From Lingula anatina (lineage: Eukaryota > Animalia > Brachiopoda): a DNA stretch of 64,000 bases. The DNA is taken from positions 3,968,001-4,032,000 of the forward strand of contig CM120645.1 of the NCBI GenBank assembly GCA_051362555.1, written 5' to 3'. Below are positions 1-12,290 of this stretch, piece after piece; position 1 is the stretch's first letter, and each line of letters opens with the position of its first letter. The notes under the pieces were generated by a model that was given only the letters and a program-made list of their open reading frames with translations, was not told the origin of the DNA and did no database searches. The position numbers and the translations under genes were made by a program.

Positions 1-57
1 TTTCATTACGGTTAATATCTTAATATCAAGTCACAGCTATCCTTTCATCCTCTGAAG

Positions 58-1670
58 TGAAGCCTGCGTATTCGAGCCGGGCACCAACGTATCTGTCGTG
101 TTCACCTCCTCAGCGTCCTGGGATCCCCAAAACCTCGTCCTCCAAAGTGCTTCATCGAAAGCCATGAGCGTTTACTTCGGTCTCCCTCGACTTCCTCCGG
201 ATCTGAAGAGCAACCCTGCGGGTTACCAGGTGGTGTTGTCATATTTAACGTGGGTGTATCGTGTTCTGGCCGATCACAGTGACAGATATGGCCCTCACTA
301 CCAGAAAACATTGACGGGATACAGCGGCGGTTATATCAACGTCCTGACTGACTTAACCAAAGGGTTAAAGGGTAGTGCAACCGGTCAAAGTGGCTTAACC
401 ATCGACGACATCGCCGAAATCTACAAGCAAGTAGCAATAATGGTGCGCAACAGTGGAAAGAAATTCTTGACAGCTCCATCTATCGACCTAACCAAGGCAC
501 GTGGCGATGCCCTCGAGGATTACGCCGATGGAGTCACGGGATTGGCCAACGTTGGCATTGACGTCATAGCTCTCCAAGAGGGGCGTGGTCTAGGGAGGTC
601 GTCGTACCATGAGGTAAATGAGACAACTGTGCAGATTAAGGATGGTGATCAGATGCTGTTCCAGATTCTCAAGAAACACAATCCACTTTTACCAGACACA
701 GTTACATTTGGGGATATCTACACAAATAATACCCAATCGGTGCGTATCACCAAAGACTGCGCTTTGAAGTTTTACTTGGATATGTAAAGTTCAAAATAAT
801 ATTACACAAAGAGGTCAAATGAAACAAAAAGATTGCGTTAAAAACAACGTTTCTGATAAACTTTTATTACTTGGTTTATAAAAAACACTGGATTATACCC
901 AACTGACAATTAAAGGACGTCAAAACTTCATAAACTAATCAAAAAGACAAAATCTTTTTGCAGCTCTTTAAGTTTCTTGCATCAGCCCGGGCAAATAATC
1001 AAATCCAGACGGAGTTGTGGCTGGTCATACAAGCTTTTGACGACCTCGGAGGGGATTGTACGGTGGACGTGGACTTCACCGGCTCAGGTGCTTTGAACAA
1101 TCTACGTTAGACTGAGCATAGAACGTCACTTTGTAACTCGAATCATCGTTATCTCGAATATGGCACGGATAAGTTAGTTGGTATTGTCTGAAATTAAAAT
1201 CTTCATTGCCTTACTCGAATCTTTGCACGACTCTAGCAGAATGTCGTCTCAAATTTACAGTCTATGAGCCAACCGTAGTCTACCAGTACTTTTGTGTTTT
1301 TTCTGGAATCGTGTTGTCATATAGTTCACAAAATGCGAAATCAAATAGATAACCAACATATTCCATCTTTTCAAGGTATCCCTGCTAAAGTTTCACCAGT
1401 GGACAAGTCTCGCGTGGACTGGGCCATCGCAGCAGGCGGGGTCAGTGTCCAGAAAATAGCTGCCATAGCCTGGGATTCTCTCTTCACCTGTACCAACCAG
1501 GGAAGCAGTCTGGCACAGGTAACACGTGTTACCGGGTTTCATTGGCTTTGTATATACGGGGATCTTATCCGAGTTACGCGATGTTTTGGGTTCAGGTATA
1601 TTCATCAAGGTTAAAAGGCAACGAGCTTTGTGAAGTCTGCTGTTACAGTGCATATACCCACTTGTCGCTA

Positions 1671-1724
<54 letters not shown>

Positions 1725-2835
1725 CCCGTGACTGTAGAAAATAAGCACATACACTTTATAGGCATTATTCAATATCTAGCAGTAAACTACATGTAGGCCT
1801 ACTGTCTAGTACATATATCTTTCTGCGATTGGTAACTTACTATATGGTGAATTCCAGCAAATATCAGACGACAATGAAAGGCCCATTCTCTCGTACTGCA
1901 ATTTCCACTCCAACTCGAACCAGTCCGTGGTAGTGATTGGATTCAACCTGTTAGCTGAAACCCAAGGTTTTCAGGTACGTCATTTTTCAGCTAATCCCGG
2001 TTCATTCCTTGTCCAATTAATGACCTCTGCTTTAGTCAATGATACAATCAATGCCTAAAATACAAGATCGTCCGAAAGACCCCAAATGCACACGTAGGTG
2101 TACGCGCGTATAGTATAGGCAGGGTGAGATTTTGATGACTGATAAAGGCTTATCAGAAAGGCTTATCAGAAGTGAAGGATAAAATGAAATAAGTAGTTTG
2201 GATTGTTGCGGTTTTATTTACGTACACCCTGTAATAGAATATTTAAAACATTGTGAAGACCTTAATACATGTAGTACACAAACAATAAAGTTTTAAAATA
2301 TTTTTAACAGACTTTCTTATAATGATGAAAATACATGTAACAATAATAAGAATAATTTATTCAACTTAAAACGGGAGATGTTAGAACATGTTAAAAATTG
2401 CTTGCTGTCTATGCTCCCTCCAATACCCATTTATGTAAAAAAAAGTATAAAAGTCAATGTGGCTAATTCCGTTCTAAATGATAAATAAAGCATAACCATT
2501 TAAACAATATATTCTAAAATCAATGACAATATAAGGAAGCTTAATTTCATACTCTTGCCACATCTCACTTCCAGCTGTATTACCTCGACTACAATGACAA
2601 CCCCCAGCAGAGCATGATCCATGGGTACTACTACGAGACGGATTATGGTGTACAGCACCACCTGGTGCCTTCCCTGCAGTACATCATGTTGTGGGACTTC
2701 CTGCCCCTGAACCAAATGAAGCGCCATGGGTTCCTGTACGTGATACCCCTAGGCGCCAACCACGGTTGTGTGTTTGAATACACCATTTACTACAGGCGGA
2801 TTTTTAAACTGCGGGGGTATTCGCGCCATGATTAA
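58..2835 (+). CDS. 3' part of an uncharacterised multi-exon gene, possibly DUF4434/glycoside-hydrolase-fold; 5' end lies before the window
   Basis: Exons 58-739, 964-1087, 1376-1518, 1858-1974 and 2575-2835 join in frame across GT-AG introns and end in TAA. Motifs GIDVIALQEGRG, ELWLVIQAFD and QKIAAIAWD resemble DUF4434-type TIM-barrel proteins; the family call is from memory and tentative. Confidence 0.65.
1674..1718. repeat. (TA)n microsatellite
   Basis: Direct. Confidence 0.95.
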
Positions 2836-3196
2836 GTTAAACTTGTGATGGCTTTCAATAAGGGGGCATTCACATCAGGAAAAGTTAAACCTGAGCTGGG
2901 TTAAAATATCAGAAATATTGCACCATGAGAAACAGATACCATTTACTTATTATGATAAAGCGAGGGATATAGCAGGATTCTAAGCATTTAAGGTAAACAC
3001 AATTCTCTGATTTTCCCTGATATTTCTCTGATGGCAGTTAAAAACTCTAAGATCATAATTTTGACCTATTTAAACATATTCAATAAACAGGTATTACAAG
3101 TCCTAAGGCATAAACATACTGTGCATGTTGAAAGCATTATTAAATAACCATACCACTCCCATCCATCTGTCATAGTAAAAGTCAGTGAGAGGATGA

Positions 3197-3320
3197 AGGG
3201 TGTTTAACACTGGTTAAAATGTTTTAATGCCAGTTAGTTAACTGGTGTTCTGAGAATTTATTCACCAGTTAGACTTATAGACTGGTCAGTGTTAAACACC
3301 CTGTTAAAATCTGGGCCCAG
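3197..3320. repeat. Inverted repeat / MITE fragment
   Basis: AGGGTGTTTAACACTG ... CAGTGTTAAACACCCT, perfect 16-bp arms about 105 bp apart. Confidence 0.65.
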
Positions 3321-3404
3321 ATACTTCCTGGAAATTTGATCACAGATCTTGCTTTAACAATTCCCGAATTGACTCTTACATCATTTCATTGTTTCACGGA
3401 AATC

Positions 3405-3436
<32 letters not shown>

Positions 3437-3756
3437 TTATTTTAAGTCTAAAATCCATTTAAAATGTTCAGTAGACATAAAATATCATAAATAATACTAC
3501 ATAAAATATCATAAATAAAATCCAGGTAAAACAGCCATTATTCCATACAATTAAATGCAATTAATACAAGATTTATAAAACCAATTAAGAGTTAATCAAA
3601 ATATTTCCTAAAAAGGTATGTTTTGAGTTCTTTTTTAAAATGTTTGGTATACTGAATTGCTCGAATTTCCAGCGGTAATAGTCACCAGCTTCCCGTTAAC
3701 TAGAATTCTTGGATCAGCCATTTCTAAATTTATGCCACAGCTAGTCCAGCATCATT

Positions 3757-6700
3757 CTAATGCTTCCTTGAAAGCCAGTACTGTCCAAGTACTTCCTTTG
3801 TGCCATAATAACCCAAGCCCAATAGAGACAGGAACACAACAAGCCTCTTGGCTCCAAACAAAGAATGTGTCACCTTGTAGCTCACATAGACAAACATCCC
3901 AATGAATGTCATCTTGACAAGAAGGGCAACGCATTTTATATTCCTTAACCTGTCAGAAATTAGATATGTCCTAAAAGAAAATGAAATTGATAGTAATTTT
4001 GTTAATCACATCTAGCTTTTTTTGTCATTTACAATAAGACATAAAAAGCTACAGAGTAGCACAGTGCACTATGCAAATCTACTCTGGCCAGTGAAACAAA
4101 CCCGGTTCCAATTTTTCACTTTTTCCCTGATGGAGGTGGAAAATTCCAGGATCACAATTTTGATCTTTTTTGCTTTTAAACACCTTCAATACACACACAA
4201 TGAAGTACTGTTCAATTTTCTAAGTTAAAAGAGGGAATGGTGCAATGTTTATATTTCAATGACAAATTAATTATGATAAATTTTCTCAGCTCACTGTCAA
4301 CAACAAAAAATGCTTCTATTCATTATTTTGGATCATGAACAGAATATTCAATAATAAAAGAAACAAAAATGTGCATTTTGATTTATACTTGACCAGCTAT
4401 ATCCTCTGCTTACTTGGTCACTGCTTCAGGGTCAAGCTCCTTGTTCCAGTTGTCTACAATCCCTGGTAAATGCCCCAGGCCAACAACTCCCACAACTACT
4501 GCTGGCTTCATTCCTAAAGTACACATATCGATAGCCTTTATCGAGCTTTAATTATATAGTTTACTGACTTTATTTTACTATACATAAATTTTTTAAGCCA
4601 TGTACACATCTTTGAAATATTATCAAGCCAGTTTCACAAAACAATCCTAGTCACGAAAAAAAAAAAAAAAATAAAGGGTCATTGCAATAACTGGTCAGGA
4701 TATTACCAGTGTGAGTTGTTAAGGAAAAAAATTCAACTTTTTTTTCAAATTATTTAAACTGTACCCCTAGAGTAAAATATTATTGCTTGCTTATGAACCA
4801 ATGACTTTCATTCTTAAAAGTGAAGTGGACAGATTATTGCTTTTAAACTTTGAATTTCAGTGAGTGACTGTACTAGCAGGTGCTGGTTGTTGAGAATTAA
4901 CCCTGCGATTGATTGCTTAATTGCAGTTTCTTCCTGTCCAGAACTGTGCATGTTGTCCCTTCATCTTGAAACTGCAACTTACGTCCTGTCTCTTTTGGAT
5001 GTGGCAAGGCTTGTGCTGCCATCTTTAGGCTGTGAGTAAGATATACATCACGCTCTTCCATTATAACTTTGTAACCACCTGGAAATCTTTCTCTCCATAT
5101 CTGCTGTTCTTCCACCAAGGCATTCCAAGTTTTTTGCCTGTCAACATGACTCTTTCTGGAATTCGGAATATCATTAAAGCAAGAGCATCACTGATGGAAT
5201 TACATTTTTGTTGAAGAAACAATTTATCATGGTAATAAAAAATGACAATTAAAAATAATTGTAATACAGTGGTAATGGGTGGGACAACGGACAGAAAAAA
5301 ATACTCTGAATATTACCTATGGTTAAGTATTGCAATATATGGTAAAGGGTGGACAGCAGAGCACTCGGAACTACTCGGATGTCTCCGCACTCGACAATAA
5401 CCTCGGACGTAATACGGAGGCAGACATATTTGATTGTTGATTGTTGGATAGGTACTACTTTCAACCTCGCGCTAATTTAAACCTAATTCCTTCAACGCCT
5501 GTATCTATTTATCTTTTAAATCAAAGTCAATCTTAGTGCATTGTTTGGCAAACTGTAAAGCATCATAAAAATCAGGGGTATTGACAGCCATCTTTATGAG
5601 CGTAATGAACGATTGAGTGAGAAGGCATTTCCGGCGGACAAAATGCATGGATTTGGTGCATATTTCTCCGCCTATCACATCCGAGGTTAGTATGGAGCTT
5701 GCGGAATGAGCCGAGGACTGCCGATTGACGGCAGAGGGTCTAGACTGACCACCTGTGGTTAGGAATTGTAATGCAGTTATGGAAGTAGGTGGGAAAGCAG
5801 AGGGATTAGAAGATCACCTGTGGTTAGGAATTGTAACATTGTGACAATGTTAATTGGTGGGGGAACTTATGCATGAGGTTGGCCTCCTACGGTTAAGGTA
5901 AGAATTGTGACATAAAAGTACGTGAAGGGTGGCACAGAAGAATAATCCGATTGGCTCCTTACATGGAACTTATAATATTAAAAAAACGTGCTCAGGTGAC
6001 ATAACCAGGTGACATAGCCAGCCAAAAGACTTATGACTGTATGTGACCTGCCACTACTGGACAGGTGGCCTTTAAACTGATGACATCTTTTAAGAAGAAA
6101 AATTCTTAAAAACATACAAGACATTAAATTCAATATGATTCAATGTAACCTAATAATAAATAAATAAAAATGGCAGATTACTGCTCAGTCAAGGTAACAA
6201 TTTCAGATTCCTAGTAACATTTCATTTGGTATACAGTATATTACCATGGAACGTGTTACAACTGTAAGCAACCTAGAGCAGTTACAGGGAAGAACAAATT
6301 TGATGCTTGTATCAAGAGGATTGCTAGGCAAATGTGTTATCACTCACTTAGTACTATATAGTTTTTCGACAATGGTGCGTGTGGCAAGATAAAACAGGAA
6401 TATGTCCCATGTACTCAGTTTTTCAACTGCAGCTCTGAAATGGTTCCTTATGATGTGAAGAGGAAGGTCACCTAAACAAACCTCACAAGTACCAGGAACT
6501 TTTTGTGCCTAAAAATTAAAGAATGTATTCAAACATTTCCTTCATACCAAAATATGACTGTAAGTTACAAACCATTAAAACTTTCATTATCAACTTGAAC
6601 ACCTGAATCAATGCTCAATTTTAGCATTTCTTTTAAAATCTGTAAAAATATATATTAAACATATCACCCAACCTTTGACTGTACACAAGACAGACCTGTA

Positions 6701-8698
6701 ACAGTCTGCAAATGAATTTACAAACAGCCTTTTGGAATTAATCTTGCCTAAAGATAGCACAGGTTTTACTAACAATGCGTGCAACATTAATTTCTGTACT
6801 GGGTTCTGATTCCCAATATATTCCAAAATCAAATTTGCTCAACTTATAATTTTTCATTTTATACATTTCCATATACCTTGCAATGGCTATGGGTGCATGC
6901 CCACTGAAATGTTCGGTTTACATATATCAACCAAACACCGCAGAACTCTTGCTGAATACAACCAGGTTAATTGGGAGTGGCTTACAGTTTCTGGAAGCTA
7001 TTTCAATTTTTTTTAAGGCGAGCACACACACATTACTAGTACACTTACCTCTGCGATTGCTACTTTCATTTCATTTTGCTTAAATATTTGCACTTTGCCA
7101 AATCTCAACTTCAAGGCGTCAGTGCACAGCTCAACCACCACTTTATCTGGTTGAACAGCTTGTATTGTCTATAAAGAGAAGAAATTTATATACTAGACAA
7201 AGTATCTTACAGAATCATATAAATTTTTAATTATCATTGAAATAAAGATGTTTTCAAAAAGCCAAGATACATTGTAAAAGCTGGTCTTCTGGCTGAGAAA
7301 CAAATGAAAGATTAGATGTGATAGTCACAAATCTCCATCTCAGCCTGTAATTAAGTTGAAAATGAAAAAGAACTCAAAAACCAGTTTTAAGAACTTATTT
7401 TTGTGACATTTTATTGGATATGCTACAGTATATCTTGTGATAATGACAAACATAAAATTTTTTTCTGGACATGTTTTTGTAATATATTTAGGTCTAGTGT
7501 TCACTGTGTTCCTTTCAAAATACCTTGACCACATCATCAATACTCTCTTTAGTAAAATGCCAAGTGCCCACTAAATAGACCAAACTACCATCCTCTGCCT
7601 GAAGGACGACTAGTCTGTCAGGAAGACCAGGAGGTGGTGCCACTGTTAATTTATTTAGTCTTCCAGCATTGGAAATCCTGTCCATATTCCCTAGTAATAA
7701 AGAGTGTCACACATATTGATTATTTGACAAAAAGAAAAAACTGATGTTTTAACAAAATTTGGCCAAAGTAAAACTGATATATGTCTAAAAGAAAATTGGT
7801 ACTTTAAGCCAAATGGCTAGGAAAAAAAAATGTAAGAGTGAGCCCAGATACTGTAGGGCGTATTGTGATTATAGCGTCACACCTATGCAAATGCACCAAC
7901 AAAGCCCAAAATCAAGGGTGTTCAAGATGAGAATAAACATGACCTAATTTCAAGAGACAAGAATGCAGGTCCTTAACCGTAGTGTATGAGAAGCAAGGTA
8001 CATCATCGTCGACTGGTAACCTCCACATGACTTGGAGTTGGGGGTGTAAAAGGGTCAGGCAATCAAGCTGGTGGTAGTAATAATAACATTAATATAACAA
8101 ATAAATAAGTAAATAAATAAATAAATAAGTAAAATTCATCAAAATAAATTACATAATGATAATTAAACAACAATTGTATAAAGTATATTGTAAGTATATA
8201 TATTTAATTACTCTTTTCAAAAGGACCATATACCCATGCAGTACGTGAAATAATATATTTAAGAGCTATTAAATGGTTATTCTAGACACTGGTTACTGGT
8301 GTTACCATGTATTGTGCCTGCATATACAGTACCTGCAGATGTCAATTTATTAAGCGGACTTTGCATATCACTGGCTGCATCCTAAGCTTACCATCATCAT
8401 CTTCATCACTTTTTAAATTCCCTGTTTTATTGGCTTCGTTGGTGTGTATCGTACATCCAAGGGCAGCACAGACAAATGAAATATTTCGGCAAAACTGACT
8501 GTCCGATTTCCTTAAATGGCGACTAGATAATAATGCAGTTGTTATAAAACCACGTGAAATATGCGATGTTTTTAACCGAGACTGAAAGTGAAAGCGCCGC
8601 CAGACACTAAACTTGAACCATAATTGGCTGTTCGTCTTTCTCGAAACACCAGTAATGGCTTTTTGAAGTACCAAAAGTATCACACGACGCATTATCAT
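3757..8698 (-). CDS. TRABD: TraB domain-containing protein (TRABD-like, divergent)
   Basis: Exons 8698-8392, 7642-7524, 7168-7049, 6508-6348, 5155-4983, 4513-4414 and 3949-3757 are phase-compatible. TraB motifs VYLVGTWHF, VQPDKVVVELC, LGDLP, EERDVYLTHSL and VVVGVVGLGHLPGI are present, with an Arg-rich N-terminus and a hydrophobic C-terminus. Confidence 0.88.
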
Positions 8699-8955
8699 TC
8701 ATGTAATTTAAAGAACCCCTGTTTCGAGTGGATACCAATACTATTAAAGTAATATTTGTAGACTTGATTAATTTAAGAAAAGTCTGTCGACTGCTTGACC
8801 TCACCATATGACCTCACGTAGTCCCCACGCATGCGTGGATCGTGCTCGGAACTCTTCTGTGGAGAAGGTAGAATATCTTTCAAACTGTGAAAGCACGCTT
8901 GGATTTGTAGATCTAAGGCAAAAAACTTTGCAAGATATCTTAATTTTTCGACGCG
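8699..8955. promoter_or_regulatory. Bidirectional promoter region between TRABD-like and PQBP1
   Basis: Only 257 bp separate the divergent ATGs. The region is CpG-richer and holds the palindrome CCACGCATGCGTGG (8825-8838) and a TGACCTCAC direct repeat. Confidence 0.65.
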
Positions 8956-11900
8956 ATGCCGCTCCCTGCAGCCCTAGCTGCTAGGCTGAAGAAAAGAGGG
9001 ATCATTCAGAAAGAAGAAACCGAACCAGGTTTGGATTTAGTCGGCCCTGCTAACACTTAAATTTAAGCACTACTTAGCGAGAAGCCAAAATTGAGAAAAG
9101 ACCCCAGCAGTTCAATGAATTATCAGACCATAATGAACTGTCGTGTTCTCTGATGAATCCGAAAATCACTTAAAGTTACCCTTAAGATGTTGCATTCGAA
9201 TACCATGGTGCAAAAACCCGATCAACCTCGATTAAAATCATTTAGATAAATATCAAACCTTTAATCTTCATGCAGCCCCTGTTACCATATTACATACTGT
9301 GGGTAGGGTCCACCTATAATACTCTAATTAAGCCTGAATTCCGTACACTTGTAGCAAAATATCTGAAGCCTAGACAGCCTGTCCCTGTAAAAAATGAATT
9401 TGGAATCTCTATTTCAAAATCTTGGGCTAATGTGAATGTATCTATTTCAAAACCTTGGGGTATTGTTATCACAATTCTTTTGTTATATGGGAAAATTGAA
9501 AAACTACACCCTATGATGATTTGTCCTTCTAGATAAAGTTGAGGAGGTATTTGCTGAAGATTATGATGAACCGTTAAGATCCCATGGGGTGCCTACAATC
9601 CCGGTACCAACATCACACAGTTTGTCATCCTCTCTGAGAGGAGGTGAAGATAATGAAGAGAAACAACTCATTCATGAGGTGAGTTCCTGAGTTCACTTTG
9701 GCTCATTGTGTTTATTTGTCAGTTTATAACATAAACAAATGCAAGTAAAATTAGAGCTGGGCTAGTATGTATTTACCCTGCTTTTTGGCACAGATCTTGT
9801 CATGTTCTTTCCTCAGCAAATTATAATTTGCAAGTTTTGAAATTAACCAAAATATTGTTATTCTTATAATTTATATGCATAATTGAAATTACTCATTTTT
9901 CAGATTTAGCTATAACCATAAACTTTAAGTAAAATTAATCAAGTTGAAAGGAAGACTGATTTATAATTGAAATGGATCATCCTGGGACTATCAGCATCTT
10001 CCTCAATTCCTGTGTCACAAGTTACCCTAACAAGGTTGTTCTATTTTCCTCCCTCAGGTAATTAACTGCCCAAACAAGACTAACAGGTACCATGATTGCT
10101 CCCAGTGGTGCAGAAAAACATGGGGACTGAGGAAGTTCATTGCTGACAGCTACTCGGAACCAAAGAGAAAGAAGATGCTTCTCAAGTACCCACTGGCCCC
10201 TGGATGGGAGGAGGTGGCCGATCCAGACACGTGAGTTTCGATATTGTGCTAGGTGTGATGGAATGTTTGAGACTGAGATGTGGCATTGTGTTAGGTGTGG
10301 CTGTGTTAGAGATATGACATTGTGTTAGGTGTGACTGTGTTAGAGATGTGACATTGTGTTAGGTGTGGCTGTGTTAGGGAGGTGACAGTTTGTTATGTGA
10401 AGAAATGCTTCAGGCTTGGCATAGGTCTATACAACAGGTATTCATTTAGAAAGAATTAATTGCATTCTTAGAACTGTGGTGCCTATAACTAAGTTTAACT
10501 GGAGAATTGAGTATTGAATATGATCACATTAAATACAGTGTGTCTTTTCTCCTCACATCAGGGGTAGATATTACTACTGGAACACTTTCACAGAAGAAGT
10601 GTCATGGTTACCACCACTCCATCCCAAAGCTAAGATTACAGTTTCTGCAGAGAAATTGGAAGGTAAAGTTGGTCATTGTCACATCTAGCATACTGTTACA
10701 CCTAATACTGTTACATCAGCAGAGCATTTTATTACAGGTACAGAAAATGTAAGTCTTCCAACGTTAAATTTTGGATGCTTTTAAAAGGGGTACACATGGC
10801 CCAACATCTATGTATTAAATCTTAAATGTAATCTTACATTTTACCCTTTTACAAAGTGCTAACTAAGAAGATAGATTTGTTGGAAGTTTGAAGAGTGCCA
10901 ATGTATTAAATGAAAGGTTTTGCTTGCCAATGCTGAGCACACAGGGTGTAATTATGATTTTTAAAAAATTGTCAATTTATTTATTTATCTGTTCACTAGC
11001 ATAAAATTTTGTTTGACAAATTTTATTTCTAATTTTAAAGGATTATTAACTGAAAGATAATTTAAATTGGTCCATTTATTACAGCCATGCTTAAGTCAGA
11101 GACTCCCACAGTAGAGGAGAAGAAAGCTGACAAAGAAAAGGAAGAGGTAATAGAAGTTGATCAGTTTCATAAGCTATGTGTTTGAAATGACCAATAAAGA
11201 TAATAGTTTTAATTTTTGTCAGAGTTGTATTTCACGTACCAATGAATAATAATTATAATTTCAATAAATATTTCCTTTTTTTTGTTAAATCTGTGATGAA
11301 ACTAAGAGTAAGAACTACTTTAAGACTACCCTGTTTACCTATTTTTATTCATTCTTCAAAGTCTTCAATTACTTGAATGCTGGTAAATTTGAAGTGTCGT
11401 TTTCTTTCAGTCTGATTTAAGATTTGATGACCTGGAAGAACTTGAGAGTGAATTCAAGAAAGAAAATTCCAGGAAGAGACACAGAGAGAGCAGAAGAGAG
11501 AGAAAAGGTACCCATTCATTCAATAAATAAGATAGGAACATGTTCTTCTCTTTTCATTGTATTTACTTTAATGGTAAGTTTGGTCTGGAGGTATAGAAGT
11601 GAGGTTTAGCAAGGAATACGCAATGATTTTTTTGGTATTTTCATCACTTTTGCCTTTAAATTTCACTTAAGCAAGTTAAAAAAAATCCATAGCCCCTTTT
11701 TTGTCATCCTGGATGTAACATTTAATTTAGTCCTTTTTTTTCCTCAAGGAAGACACATACTTCTTTTCACCTTATCATGATAAGATAGGCTTGTAAAGTA
11801 AAATAAAGAACACTTGGTTTTCCAGGATTCAGGGATGAGCTCGACCCCATGGACCCGGCTGCTTACTCCGACATTCCAAGGTGAGGTCCAGTGTTTTCAC

Positions 11901-12290
11901 CTCTGTGGCTTTGCAGTGGCCTGTTTAGAAATGTTATTATTGTTAACATACTCTTATTTTTACTGATATATTCTTTCCCTGCCCATAGTTTAAATTTTTT
12001 AGGGTTTTAAGAAATTTACAGTATCCAAAGAACTAATGAAGATATTTAAAGATGGGAGGGGGGGGGGACTTTATTTAAGGTGTACTTAAATAAAACAGCA
12101 TGGTAAAAGTAAAGTTGATAATGGTTCCTATTCCAGGGGTACGTGGTCCAGTGGTCTCGTGGAGCAGAATGAGGTGAAGACTGGCGTGGACTCTACCGCC
12201 TCTGGGCCTCTGTTTCAGCAGAGGCCATACCCAAGTCCTGGAGAGGTGTTGAGACGGAACAGAGGTGGCAAACCCCCAGACAAGAAATAA
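8956..12290 (+). CDS. PQBP1: Polyglutamine-binding protein 1 (WW domain)
   Basis: Exons 8956-9028, 9533-9678, 10058-10230, 10562-10662, 11085-11146, 11411-11507, 11826-11880 and 12137-12290. Diagnostic segments: [27 protein letters not shown] domain ([28 protein letters not shown]), [22 protein letters not shown] and the C-terminal [16 protein letters not shown]. Confidence 0.96.
10270..10400. repeat. Minisatellite, about 34-bp unit (GTGACATTGTGTTAGGTGTGGCTGTGTTAGAGAT), about 3.5 copies
   Basis: Tandem copies in PQBP1 intron 3. Confidence 0.85.
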
